Notes: generated by a model from the letters alone, not told the origin. A stretch of DNA of 64,000 bases from an uncultured Lachnospiraceae bacterium (GCA_964594865.1 CAZQMZ010000003.1:11369-75368), one strand, 5' to 3'; positions 1 to 9,428 are shown, counted from the first letter of the stretch. Numbers and translations: made by a program.

Positions 1-23
1 TCTGAATTTTTGCTCAATCAAAG

Positions 24-386
24 TTAAAAAGTGAAGATATAAAGTACAATGATCACAACTGTGGCAACAATCCAGCAAATAAGCCACCAAACATTTCGAC
101 CGTTCCAATTTCCATGGCACTTTCTCATTGCCCAATAGAAACCCAACCAAATGCAGATGATGTATGCCAAGCATTCGCCGATTGATTCAAATGCCTGTGC
201 AACTGTTGGAACATTACTTTTGAACGCCAATTTCAAAATCAGTGCAATAGCAATGAAGATGATGGAGAAATATCCCACGCAATCCATAATTTTTATGGAC
301 GACCAACTTCTCTTTGCTGATTTTGAAGATGAAGATGATTTTGTTGTTGATGTCGACTTTTTCTCTGTTTTCTTTTTCTCAGCCAT
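24..386 (-). CDS. small membrane protein, Lys/Ser-rich N-terminus plus about 3 TM helices, function unknown
   Basis: 120-aa ORF; AAGGAG about 9 nt upstream of ATG; hydrophobic segments FSIIFIAIALILKLAF, LAYIICIWLGFYWA and WWLICWIVATVVIIVLYIF; no family recognised. Confidence 0.5.
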   Translation of the reverse strand: MAEKKKTEKKSTSTTKSSSSSKSAKRSWSSIKIMDCVGYFSIIFIAIALILKLAFKSNVPTVAQAFESIGECLAYIICIWLGFYWAMRKCHGNWNGRNVWWLICWIVATVVIIVLYIFTF

Positions 387-513
387 TTGTTTATACTCCT
401 TTTTTTAGATTTATATTAAAAGCACGATTTTTCGCTCTTTTAACCAAAGTTATTGAAATATTTTTCTCGTATTGCAATATATTCTTATGCATTATTTTTC
501 ACTTGTGACATCA

Positions 514-2097
514 TCACTTCGCTGTTTCAGAATATCTGCTTTCTCTTATGACATTGACCTTGATTTGTCCCGGATATTGCATTTCGTTCTCAATTTTTTG
601 AGCAATTTCCTTTGCCATAAACATTGCTTCGCTGTCCGAAACTTCTTGTGGTTTGACGATAATTCTCACTTCTCTGCCCGCCTGAACAGCGAAAGATTTT
701 TCCACACCCTTGAAGCCATTTGCAATTTCTTCCAACTGTTGAAGGCGTTTGATATAGTTTTCAAACGAATCTCGTCTTGCGCCCGGTCTGGAACTTGAAA
801 TGGCGTCTGCAACCTGCACAATAACCGCTTCAATGGTTTTGAATTCCACATTAAAGTGGTGTGCTTCAATGCAGTGCACAACTGCTTCATTTTCGCCATA
901 TTTACGCGCAAGTTCAACACCAATTTGCACATGAGTGCCTTCAAGTTCGTGGTCAAGCGCCTTGCCTATGTCGTGCAAAAGTCCGCCACGTTTGGCAACT
1001 TTGACATTTGCTCCCATTTCACTTGCCAAAAGCCCAGCAATAATGGAAGTTTCAATGGAATGTTTAAGCACATTTTGTCCATAACTTGTGCGATATTTCA
1101 ACCTACCCAAAGTTTTGACAAGTTCTGGATTGAGGTTGAATATGCCTGTTTCGTTGCAAGCTTCGTCACCTGCTTGCTTGATTGTTTTGTCAACCTCTTT
1201 TTGCATTTTTTCAACAATTTCTTCAATTCGAGTTGGATGAATTCTTCCGTCAGAAATAAGTTTTTCCAACGACAACCTTGCAACTTCACGTCTGATTGGG
1301 TCAAAGCCTGAAACTGTGATTGTTTCCGGTGTGTCATCAACAATCAGTTCCACACCTGTTGCCGCTTCAATGGCGCGAATATTTCGTCCTTCACGCCCAA
1401 TGATTCTTCCTTTCATTTCGTCATTTGGAAGAGCAACCGATGCAACCGTCATTTCAGTTGTAGTTTCGGTGGCACAACGTTGCAAAGCCTGACCTATGAT
1501 CCAACGTGCCTTGTTTTCGCCTTCTTCTCTGGCATCGTCCTCAATTTTCTTGACAATTGTCACGGCTTCTTTTTGAGCGTCATTTCTCATGTTTTCAATC
1601 AACAAATCTTTTGCTTCTTGCTTGGAAAGTTTGGCAGTTTTTTCAAGCTCTTCAAGAATCTTGGCTTTGATTTCTTCCTGTTGAATTTTCAGCTGATTGA
1701 GATTTTCACGAATTGACTGAACTTCCTTTTTTTCTTCGTCAAGTTGTTCAGATTTTTTGTCGACAGCCTGTTCTTTTTTCTCGATGTATTCTTCGCGTTG
1801 ACTCAAACGCTCTTCTTGTTTCAAGACTTCGTTGCGACGCTCTTTAACTTCTTTTTCAACATCGTCTTTCAATTTTTGCGATTGTTCTTTGCTTTCAATA
1901 ATCGCCTCTTTTTTGATTGTCTTTGCCTCTGCATACGCATCTTCAATGATTTTGATGGCATTTGATTTATTTTTTTGCAGTTTTTTACCGCTATAAATTT
2001 TATACACCAAAAGTCCGACAGCAAGTCCAACAATGAAAAGGACAATTGATATAACCGATACGATTGCAGGAGAGACATCAAGTAACAAAAATTTCAT
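514..2097 (-). CDS. rny: ribonuclease Y
   Basis: N-terminal TM helix, long coiled coil, KH motif GRIIGREGRNIRAIEAATG, HD domain LLHDIGKA..HH; AAGGAG SD. Confidence 0.95.
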   Translation of the reverse strand: MKFLLLDVSPAIVSVISIVLFIVGLAVGLLVYKIYSGKKLQKNKSNAIKIIEDAYAEAKTIKKEAIIESKEQSQKLKDDVEKEVKERRNEVLKQEERLSQREEYIEKKEQAVDKKSEQLDEEKKEVQSIRENLNQLKIQQEEIKAKILEELEKTAKLSKQEAKDLLIENMRNDAQKEAVTIVKKIEDDAREEGENKARWIIGQALQRCATETTTEMTVASVALPNDEMKGRIIGREGRNIRAIEAATGVELIVDDTPETITVSGFDPIRREVARLSLEKLISDGRIHPTRIEEIVEKMQKEVDKTIKQAGDEACNETGIFNLNPELVKTLGRLKYRTSYGQNVLKHSIETSIIAGLLASEMGANVKVAKRGGLLHDIGKALDHELEGTHVQIGVELARKYGENEAVVHCIEAHHFNVEFKTIEAVIVQVADAISSSRPGARRDSFENYIKRLQQLEEIANGFKGVEKSFAVQAGREVRIIVKPQEVSDSEAMFMAKEIAQKIENEMQYPGQIKVNVIRESRYSETAK

Positions 2098-2190
2098 AGA
2101 TATATCTCCTTAAATTTTGGTGTTTTTCCTTTCAATCATGGACAAATTGCCCATGTGACGAAAAAACGAAAGGAAACACACTCATGATTA

Positions 2191-2219
2191 AGTTTACCCT
2201 TTTCGTAAAGTTTTGTCAA
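2191..2219 (-). promoter_or_regulatory. sigma-A-type promoter of rny
   Basis: TTGACA (2214-2219), 17 nt, TAAACT (2191-2196); gives a roughly 90-nt structured leader. Confidence 0.55.
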
Positions 2220-2258
2220 ATAAAAAGATAAATATATGAAATATTTTTTAATTTTTTT

Positions 2259-2290
2259 AAAAAAAGAGAGAATTTTGGAAGAATTCTCTC
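2259..2290 (-). terminator. rho-independent terminator after the YgjV-like gene
   Basis: GAGAGAATT-cttccaa-AATTCTCTC plus U-run on the minus strand. Confidence 0.75.
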
Positions 2291-2295
2291 ACAGA

Positions 2296-2886
2296 TCACT
2301 TGATTTCGCTGTGGCAAATTTTCAAAATCTTTTTGATGTCATAGTTGCATTCAATCTTTCTCTTTTCTCTGATTCTCGGCAAAATTTCATATATGATGAT
2401 GGAAACGATAAGCAAGCAGATTGTCACAATACTGCAAGTCATTTTCACATAGCCTTTCACTGTGATGTCATACGAAATCCACAACAACGAATAACAAATC
2501 AACGAACAACGAATGAACAGCATATTTTCGAAAATCAAGCACACAGTTGACACCAACATCACAAAAATCAGCACAATATTTATCGGTCCTTGCCAAAAGA
2601 AAGCCAACACAACCGCAAAGAGAGAATTTATCAAAATAAGAGGAAGAATATAATGTTTTGGACTTTTTTTCTGTTCGTGCAATCGCAGATACCACACTGC
2701 TCGAATCAAAAGCAAGATTTGTGTGATTGCTGGCAAATAGTTTTCAAGAATGAAATAGGACAACGAATAAAAAGCTGGAGCCAAAACCATAAACAACAAA
2801 AGAAGCCTTTTTGTTTTCATCAATTTCCCAGCAAGGTCAATAATCATGCCAATTGCAACAATTATTTGTGAAATAATATACATCAT
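2296..2886 (-). CDS. polytopic inner-membrane protein (possibly YgjV-like)
   Basis: 196 aa, 5-6 hydrophobic helices; weak resemblance to the YgjV family by eye only. Confidence 0.45.
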   Translation of the reverse strand: MMYIISQIIVAIGMIIDLAGKLMKTKRLLLLFMVLAPAFYSLSYFILENYLPAITQILLLIRAVWYLRLHEQKKSPKHYILPLILINSLFAVVLAFFWQGPINIVLIFVMLVSTVCLIFENMLFIRCSLICYSLLWISYDITVKGYVKMTCSIVTICLLIVSIIIYEILPRIREKRKIECNYDIKKILKICHSEIK

Positions 2887-2924
2887 AACAAGAACATTTT
2901 TATCACAAAACAGTCCAACAAGTC

Positions 2925-2954
2925 AAGAAAAAACAGGTTAAAAACCAACCTGTT
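2925..2954 (-). terminator. rho-independent terminator after clpX
   Basis: AACAGGTT-ggttttt-AACCTGTT plus U-run on the minus strand. Confidence 0.7.
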
Positions 2955-2980
2955 TTCATTATTTTAAGTTCGATCAAATC

Positions 2981-4270
2981 TCAAACCGCTTCTTTTTCTT
3001 CCTTACTTTCAGTGTCTCTCTTGAGCAAAATCGGCTCTACACCTTTTTCAATGAAGTCGCGCGTGATGATGATTTTTCCGTATACTTTCGGGTCAGGAAG
3101 ATCAAACATAAGTTCAAGCATTTTGTTTTCCATGATTGTTCGAATTCCGCGTGCCCCTGTTTTGAGATCAATTGCTTGTTTTGAAACATAGGCAATGGCA
3201 TCTTCATCAAACTCCAACTCAAAGCCATCGATGCGGAAGAGTTCTTTATATTGTTTGATAAGTGAATTTTTTGGCTCAACAAGAATTTTTTGAAGCGCCT
3301 TGTCATCCAATTCGTCCAAGCCTGTGACGATTGGAAGTCTGCCCACAAATTCAGGAATTAAGCCAAACTTGATGAGATCGTCTGGCTGAACATCTTTGGC
3401 ATAATTGATTTTCGCCCTTTCATCTTTCGTTTTTATGTTGGCATTGAAACCAATAGATGATGCTGACAGACGCTTGTGAATGATGTCATCCAACCCAACA
3501 AAAGCACCGCCACAGATGAACAAAATGTTGGTTGTGTCGATTTGAAGCATCTCTTGATGCGGATGCTTTCTTCCGCCCTGTGGTGGAACGCTGGCAATCG
3601 TGCTTTCAATAATTTTGAGAAGAGCTTGCTGAACACCCTCTCCACCAACATCACGCGTGAGAGAACGATTTTCGCTCTTACGTGCAATTTTGTCTATTTC
3701 GTCAATATAAATTATTCCGCGTTGAGCTCTTTCGATGTCATAGTCCGCATTTTGAATGAGTTTCAAAAGCACATTTTCAACATCTTCACCAACATAGCCG
3801 GCTTCTGTCAACGTTGTGGCATCAGCGCAAGCAAAAGGGACATCCAAAACTTTGGCAAGAGTTCGCACAAGCAAAGTTTTTCCGGAACCTGTTGGTCCAA
3901 TCATAAGCACATTGCTTTTTTCAAGTTCAAGCAAATTCTTATCATTCTTGTTTTTCTTTGCATTGATTTTGTTGTGATAGTTATAATTTATCCTTTTATA
4001 ATGGTTGAACACAGCAACAGAAAGCACCTTTTTTGCCTGCTCTTGCCCAATAACATAATTATCCAGCGCCTTTTTGATGTCTTTTGGCGATGGAATGACA
4101 AGGTCTTTGAAGACTTTAACCTTCAAGCTCTCTTCTTTGATTATGTCAGCACAAACTCGCACACAGTCGTCACAAATGAAAGAGTCACCATTTGGGCTTG
4201 CAATCAATTTTTTCGCTGCCTTTTGTGGACGTCCACAAAAAGAACAAGAACACATTTCAATATCTTTCAT
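2981..4270 (-). CDS. clpX: ATP-dependent Clp protease ATP-binding subunit ClpX
   Basis: N-terminal zinc ribbon [12 protein letters not shown]; Walker A GPTGSGKT; Walker [10 protein letters not shown]; IPEFVGRLP motif. Confidence 0.97.
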   Translation of the reverse strand: MKDIEMCSCSFCGRPQKAAKKLIASPNGDSFICDDCVRVCADIIKEESLKVKVFKDLVIPSPKDIKKALDNYVIGQEQAKKVLSVAVFNHYKRINYNYHNKINAKKNKNDKNLLELEKSNVLMIGPTGSGKTLLVRTLAKVLDVPFACADATTLTEAGYVGEDVENVLLKLIQNADYDIERAQRGIIYIDEIDKIARKSENRSLTRDVGGEGVQQALLKIIESTIASVPPQGGRKHPHQEMLQIDTTNILFICGGAFVGLDDIIHKRLSASSIGFNANIKTKDERAKINYAKDVQPDDLIKFGLIPEFVGRLPIVTGLDELDDKALQKILVEPKNSLIKQYKELFRIDGFELEFDEDAIAYVSKQAIDLKTGARGIRTIMENKMLELMFDLPDPKVYGKIIITRDFIEKGVEPILLKRDTESKEEKEAV

Positions 4271-4298
4271 TTCAACCTCGATGATTCATATTCGACTT

Positions 4299-4895
4299 TT
4301 AATCTTTCTTTTTTGTCTTTCTCGTCACAAAAATATTGTCAATCAAACCATATTTTTTTGCTTCTTCGGCTGACATATAGTTGTCGCGATCAGTGTCTTT
4401 TTCAATTTCTTCCAAACTTTTGCCGGTGTTTGCACTCAAAATTTGATTGAGCATATTTTTGATTTTTTTCATATGTTTGGCTTGAATTTCAATGTCGCTT
4501 GCTTGCCCTTGAGTTCCGCCAAGCGGTTGGTGAATCATAATTTCACTGTTTGGCAAAGCAAAACGTTTGCCTTTCGCTCCACTTGAAAGAAGGAAGGCGC
4601 CCATGGATGCCGCCATGCCGATGCAGATTGTCGAAACGTCGCATTTGATATAGTTCATTGTGTCATAGATGGCAATTCCAGCACTTACAGAACCGCCCGG
4701 ACTGTTGATATAAAGATATATGTCCTTATCCGGATTTTTTCCTTCCAAATAAATGAGTTGAGCGATGACAACATTTGCCGATGCGTCATTGATTTCTCCT
4801 GTCAAAAAAACAATTCTGTCTTCCAAAAGTCTGGAATAGATGTCATAAGACCTTTCACTTCCGCCTGTCTGATCGATAACCATTGGAATCATCAT
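4299..4895 (-). CDS. clpP: ATP-dependent Clp protease proteolytic subunit
   Basis: [11 protein letters not shown], catalytic GMAASMGA and IMIHQPLGG motifs; directly upstream of clpX. Confidence 0.97.
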   Translation of the reverse strand: MMIPMVIDQTGGSERSYDIYSRLLEDRIVFLTGEINDASANVVIAQLIYLEGKNPDKDIYLYINSPGGSVSAGIAIYDTMNYIKCDVSTICIGMAASMGAFLLSSGAKGKRFALPNSEIMIHQPLGGTQGQASDIEIQAKHMKKIKNMLNQILSANTGKSLEEIEKDTDRDNYMSAEEAKKYGLIDNIFVTRKTKKKD

Positions 4896-4952
4896 ATCAA
4901 AACCCTCCTTTTTAGACCTAGAAATTTCTCATATAATAATATTATGCCAAAA

Positions 4953-6209
4953 TCAGTCTTCTTTAACAAGCTTAATTTTGTTGTTTTCACGCAAAAATTT
5001 GTTGAATTTTTGTAAAATCAATTCGTTTTCTTTGGAAACTTTATCTCTTTCATCCGTGATATCTTTTGTTGCTTCTTCAATTTCCGCTGGTGTTGGTTGC
5101 AAATTGTTTTCATCGACAATCTTTCGCACAATATAGCGGAATTTGATTGATTTGATTGCTCTTTCTCTCAACTTTTGAGCATATTCATCCACAGTGTTGC
5201 AGTTGAGATATTTTATATAGTCCTCCAAACTCATGTGATATGCTTCCAAAGATGATTTGAGAGTTTGCAAGTCATATTGAACATTGTTTTCAATCATCAC
5301 TTCTGGAATTTCAATCTTTGTGTTGTTGATTATGCAATCACGAATGTTATATTCAAATTCTTCTTCTTGTTCTTTTTTCTTCATAGTTTGAATATGAGCA
5401 GTTATTCCTTTTCTATACTCATCAACTGTTTCATATTCTGTCGTATCAGCAACAAATTTGTCGTCAAAATCTGGAAGATGTTTTTCTCTAACTTCCTTGA
5501 TGTCAACTTTGAAAGTTGCCTTTTTGTTTTGATATTCTTCTGCATAATAGTCTTTCGGGAATGTGACATTCACGTCCACTTTTTCGCCAGCTTTGTGACC
5601 AATGAGTTGTTCTTCAAAATTGTCAATGAAAGAGTGAGAGCCAATGTCAAGGCTATATCCCTGTGCTGAACCGCCCGGAAACTCAACATTGTCGATGAAA
5701 CCCATGAAGTCAATCATCACATTGTCGCCATCCTTGATTTCTCTTTCCACTTTTTCAAATTTTGCGTTGTTTTCAAGAAGGTTTTTGATGTGTATTTGCA
5801 CTTCATTTTCTGAAACTTCATCAGAATGAACTTCGATTGTCAAACCTTTATATTGCCCCATTTCAAAATTTGGAACGACCTCAAACATAATTTTCATTTT
5901 GAGTCCGTCTTTCAAAGTGAAACTCTCAAACTGTGTCGTTGGCATGGCAACTGGTTCAAGATTGGAATCTTTATAAAGCACTTCATCCATTGTTTTTTGG
6001 AAAAAATAGTTGACTGTGTCTTCAAAGAACACGCTGTCACCATATGTCTTTTCAATCACCTTTCGTGGTGCGTGACCTTTTCGAAAACCAACGACATCAT
6101 ATTTTCCTTTTTCTTTTTCATAGGTTTTCTCAACGCCTTCTTCCCATTCGGATGCAGGAATTGTAAGTTCAATCTCGACTTTTGTGCCATCTTGTTTTAT
6201 TTTATACAT
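4953..6209 (-). CDS. tig: trigger factor
   Basis: GFRKGHAPRKV ribosome-binding motif, FKBP-like middle domain; start moved to MYKIKQ (GGAGG 5 nt upstream) because the track start is a TTG inside the SD. Confidence 0.93.
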   Translation of the reverse strand: MYKIKQDGTKVEIELTIPASEWEEGVEKTYEKEKGKYDVVGFRKGHAPRKVIEKTYGDSVFFEDTVNYFFQKTMDEVLYKDSNLEPVAMPTTQFESFTLKDGLKMKIMFEVVPNFEMGQYKGLTIEVHSDEVSENEVQIHIKNLLENNAKFEKVEREIKDGDNVMIDFMGFIDNVEFPGGSAQGYSLDIGSHSFIDNFEEQLIGHKAGEKVDVNVTFPKDYYAEEYQNKKATFKVDIKEVREKHLPDFDDKFVADTTEYETVDEYRKGITAHIQTMKKKEQEEEFEYNIRDCIINNTKIEIPEVMIENNVQYDLQTLKSSLEAYHMSLEDYIKYLNCNTVDEYAQKLRERAIKSIKFRYIVRKIVDENNLQPTPAEIEEATKDITDERDKVSKENELILQKFNKFLRENNKIKLVKED

Positions 6210-6381
6210 AAATACCTCCAAAATTAACGTTATGACTGAAAGATTTTAGCACAAATTTTTTTAAAATGCAACAAATATTGACAGAAATTTAGTTTGATTT
6301 ATCTTTTCAGCAAATTTACCATTGCCAACCTATACTCCAAAGTAAATGTTCGACAAAAATAAACTTAATCTTCAAAATCGT

Positions 6382-6419
6382 TTGATTTTTTGCGAATAGT
6401 TTGATATAATTCAAGTATG
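6382..6419 (+). promoter_or_regulatory. promoter abutting the recombinase start codon (leaderless candidate)
   Basis: TTGATT (6382-6387), 17 nt, TGaTATAAT (6402-6410), 6 nt, ATG (6417); no SD. Confidence 0.6.
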
Positions 6420-7460
6420 AAAAATTTGTCATACTATGAAAAACGCGATTTGAAAAATATGCAAAAAATCGGAAATTATCTCTCCACACTTCCAGATTTT
6501 TGCTATGATTTCTTCACAGGAATTGAAAATAACACATCTTCACTGACAAGGCTCAACTATGCCATGGATTTGTGCATTTTCTTTGATTATTTGGAAAAGT
6601 TTGTTTTAAAGAAGCCAAAAATGCAAATCACTTTGGAAGATTTGGACGGCCTGCAGGCACGCAATATTGAAAACTATCTTTCTTATCTCTCTTATTATGA
6701 CAACAACGGAAAATTGGTCAGAAACACCGAACGCGGAAAGGCAAGAAAATTGGCAAGTGTTCGAAGTTTTTTCAAATATTATTTTGATCATGATATGCTC
6801 AAAAGCAACGTGGCAAGCAAAATCAAAACGCCAAAACTTCACAGCAAGGAAATCATACGCCTTGAAAAAGATGAAGTCAATCGAATGCTTGACGCTGTTT
6901 CCTCGCCGACAAGTTTCACCGAAAGACAAAAACACTATAACAAAAACACGCAAGAGCGTGACAATGCCATTGTCACATTGTTTTTAGGAACAGGAATTCG
7001 TATTTCCGAACTTGTCGGACTGAATGTTGAGGACTTTGATTTCTCTCAAGACGCTTTCAAAGTGACCCGAAAAGGCGGAAATCAAGCCATCCTATACTTT
7101 CCACTGGAAGTCAAACAAGCCTTGCAAAAGTGGCTGGAAAAAAGAAAGACCCTTCCACTTGATGAAAACGAGCATGCCATGTTTGTATCGTTGCAAAACA
7201 AGCGAATTTGCACGCGAGCAGTTGAAAATCTTGTCAAGAAATTTGCCAAAGAAGGAAGCCCACTCAAAAAGATTTCTCCCCACAAATTGCGCTCCACATT
7301 TGGCACAAATCTATATCGCGAAACAAAAGACATATACATCGTCGCCGATGTGTTGGGACACAAAGACGTCAACACCACCAAGCGCCACTATGCTGCAATA
7401 AGCGAAGATATGCGCAAAGCGGTTGCTGAAAAAGTGAAAATCATTCGCAAAACAGATTAA
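6417..7460 (+). CDS. tyrosine recombinase, XerC/XerD-like
   Basis: C-terminal catalytic region ..GTGIRISEL..HKLRSTFGT..LGHKDVNTTKRHY (R..HxxR..H..Y); N-terminal SAM-like core-binding domain. Confidence 0.85.
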   Translation: MKNLSYYEKRDLKNMQKIGNYLSTLPDFCYDFFTGIENNTSSLTRLNYAMDLCIFFDYLEKFVLKKPKMQITLEDLDGLQARNIENYLSYLSYYDNNGKLVRNTERGKARKLASVRSFFKYYFDHDMLKSNVASKIKTPKLHSKEIIRLEKDEVNRMLDAVSSPTSFTERQKHYNKNTQERDNAIVTLFLGTGIRISELVGLNVEDFDFSQDAFKVTRKGGNQAILYFPLEVKQALQKWLEKRKTLPLDENEHAMFVSLQNKRICTRAVENLVKKFAKEGSPLKKISPHKLRSTFGTNLYRETKDIYIVADVLGHKDVNTTKRHYAAISEDMRKAVAEKVKIIRKTD

Positions 7461-7464
7461 ATAA

Positions 7465-7512
7465 ATATGGTGTAGTATGCATTGCGTAATACACCATATT
7501 TTGTGTTATGCA
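7465..7512. repeat. TGCATAAYACAC-type palindromic element, locus A (3 half-sites)
   Basis: ATATGGTGTAGTATGCA-T-TGCGTAATACACCATAT, then TTTGTGTTATGCA; lies between the convergent recombinase and spoIVB genes; the spoIVB stop codon (7506-7508) is inside it. Confidence 0.85.
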
Positions 7513-8681
7513 ATCATCCAATCGACATAAACTCCATATCCTTTTGTTGGATCATTCAAGAAAACATGAGTCACCGCGCCAATGATTTTTCCATCTTGCA
7601 TGATTGGAGAACCGCTCATCCCTTGCACAATCCCGCCGGTCAATTCCAAAAGTCGTTTGTCCTTAACTCGAAAAACGATGCTTTTGTCATCTGCGGATTT
7701 TTGATAACTCGTCTTGATGATTTCAATATCATATTCTTCTCTGATTCCGCTTATTGTGGAAACAATTTTGGCATCTCCCATTTTCACGCTCAATCTTCCA
7801 CCCAACTTTGCCGTGACATTTTCGTCAACAAGCCCAGTGACATCGCTTAAAACACCACTTATTCCAAATTTGCTGTTGCTCTCAATCTCACCCTTACTTT
7901 TCGAACTTGAAAGGAAGACACATTTCAACTGCCCCGGATCATTTTTCTTTCCTTTCTCAATCCCAATCAAATTGCAACCATAGACATTGCCATTTTCGAC
8001 AGGAATAATGTTTCCACTACTTGCTTCTGTGATTGGATGTCCAAGCGCACCAAATTCCAATGTTTGTTTATTGACAAAAGTCAAAGTCCCCACGCCTGTT
8101 ATGTCGTCTTTCACCCACAATCCAAGTTTCAAATTTCCGCTTTCATCATAGGTTGTTTTGAGAATGGTTTTGAAAGTCTTGTTCTTGCGCAAAAATTCCA
8201 CTTCTGTTTCGTCTGAATTTTCTTCCAAAAGACTTTGGACGTCCTCCCAATCCTCCACTTCGTTGCCGTTTATTCGAATGATAATGTCGCCTTCTTTCAG
8301 TGTTCCGCTTTCATCACTGACAACAATCGCACCGTCGGTGTTTATGGCAAGCCCAATTGGCACACCGCCGACATAATATTCTTCATCGCCGGAAAGAACA
8401 ACAGCCACGCGTTTGATTGGAATCAAGCCAAACAATTTAAAGACAATTTCGTTTTGTTTTGCCTTTTGCCCGTCGACAACATTTTCTTTTTCCACAAGTT
8501 GTGAGGTGATAAAACTGCCAAATTTATGCGTCTGATTGACATTTTCCACATCCGAATAATCTGCCAAAAATCCCCCTTCCAAAGAATAGAGATCTCGAAG
8601 CGGAAGAACTATGGAAAAACTGAACAGAAAGACAAAAAAGAATACAACCAAACAAAGACAACTTTTGTAATTTTTTCTCAT
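7506..8681 (-). CDS. spoIVB: SpoIVB peptidase (S55), sporulation signalling protease
   Basis: signal/TM segment, PDZ segment (GDIIIRINGNEV), catalytic GALGHPI and GMSGSPI motifs. Confidence 0.9.
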   Translation of the reverse strand: MRKNYKSCLCLVVFFFVFLFSFSIVLPLRDLYSLEGGFLADYSDVENVNQTHKFGSFITSQLVEKENVVDGQKAKQNEIVFKLFGLIPIKRVAVVLSGDEEYYVGGVPIGLAINTDGAIVVSDESGTLKEGDIIIRINGNEVEDWEDVQSLLEENSDETEVEFLRKNKTFKTILKTTYDESGNLKLGLWVKDDITGVGTLTFVNKQTLEFGALGHPITEASSGNIIPVENGNVYGCNLIGIEKGKKNDPGQLKCVFLSSSKSKGEIESNSKFGISGVLSDVTGLVDENVTAKLGGRLSVKMGDAKIVSTISGIREEYDIEIIKTSYQKSADDKSIVFRVKDKRLLELTGGIVQGMSGSPIMQDGKIIGAVTHVFLNDPTKGYGVYVDWMIA

Positions 8682-8696
8682 ACACCTTAGTTTCTG

Positions 8697-8717
8697 TAAT
8701 TTTGGTTATATTATGCA
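8697..8717. repeat. single half-site copy, locus H
   Basis: TAATTTTGGTTATATTATGCA; 16 nt upstream of the spoIVB ATG and 3' of the DUF45 gene. Confidence 0.5.
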
Positions 8718-8792
8718 AATTCAAACTGTCAAAGCAAAAATTAAAGAAGAGATAACAATTCCTTTCTTTTTTTTCTATGATTGCTCCTTCAA

Positions 8793-9428
8793 TCAAATTC
8801 TCTTGTCATTTTTCAAAAGAAAGCCATATTTTTGCAGTTCTTTGCGATAGGCTTTATAGTTTGGACAAATCTTTTTCACGTCCGCCCAAAACTTTGGTTT
8901 GTGGTTCATATGCAAACTGTGACAAAGCTCATGTGCAACGACATATTCCGCCAAATGCTGTGGCAAAATGAGAAGTTTCCAATTCAATTTCATCACTCCG
9001 CCCGAGTTGTAACTTCCCCAAATTCTAGTGGAACTTGTCGGCTTGATTTCGTTGAACTTCAAACCTGTATGTGCTGAGATTTGATTTGCAATGTCAACCA
9101 ACTTGTCAAAATGAGAAAGATAGAATTTTTCAATTGTTTTTCTTTTTTTGGTTTGTGGTTGCTTGTCAAAATCCAAGGAAAGTTCATCGACAGACACAAA
9201 CTGCTTGCCGTCAAGATAGATAAACTTATCCAAATCAAAACTCATAGAAAATTGTTTGTTTGCCGAAATTTTTTCCGCTATTTTGTTCAACCAATTCTTT
9301 TTGTTTTCAATAAATTTTATAATCTTTTCATCACTCAAATTCTTTGGTGCCTTCAAAATTGCCCTGTCATCACTCACAACTTTCAACACCATAGTTTTTC
9401 TTTTCTCTTTGATTATTTCAACTTCCAT
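8793..9428 (-). CDS. YgjP/DUF45-family metal-dependent hydrolase
   Basis: C-terminal HELCHSLHMNHKPKFW (HExxH) with layout typical of DUF45. Confidence 0.75.
   Translation of the reverse strand: MEVEIIKEKRKTMVLKVVSDDRAILKAPKNLSDEKIIKFIENKKNWLNKIAEKISANKQFSMSFDLDKFIYLDGKQFVSVDELSLDFDKQPQTKKRKTIEKFYLSHFDKLVDIANQISAHTGLKFNEIKPTSSTRIWGSYNSGGVMKLNWKLLILPQHLAEYVVAHELCHSLHMNHKPKFWADVKKICPNYKAYRKELQKYGFLLKNDKRI

Noticed and set aside
3476-4450. 324-aa plus-strand ORF antisense to clpX. Similar long antisense ORFs occur at 48240-49421 (393 aa, antisense to plsX), 51232-52137 (301 aa, antisense to pta), 35534-36910 (antisense to murE), 44376-45080 (antisense to smc) and 27060-27668.
   Set aside because: Each lies fully inside a confidently identified gene on the other strand. 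They are Phe/Ile/Cys/Asn-rich and have no recognisable motifs. They are typical antisense shadows in AT-rich, codon-biased genomes.
4896-4952. CtsR operator upstream of clpP
   Set aside because: No tandem (A/G)GTCAAA heptads are present. AGGTCTAAAAAGGAGGG is only a superficial resemblance and overlaps the SD.
6417-7460. Tyrosine recombinase as the marker of an integrated mobile element or prophage
   Set aside because: No phage, conjugation, transposase or cargo genes flank it, and there is no tRNA or direct-repeat att-like boundary. The neighbours are tig and spoIVB. It is more likely a chromosomal Xer-type recombinase. The adjacent palindromic element A has the arm orientation TTATG..CATAA, opposite to dif (CATAA..TTATG), so I do not call it a dif site.
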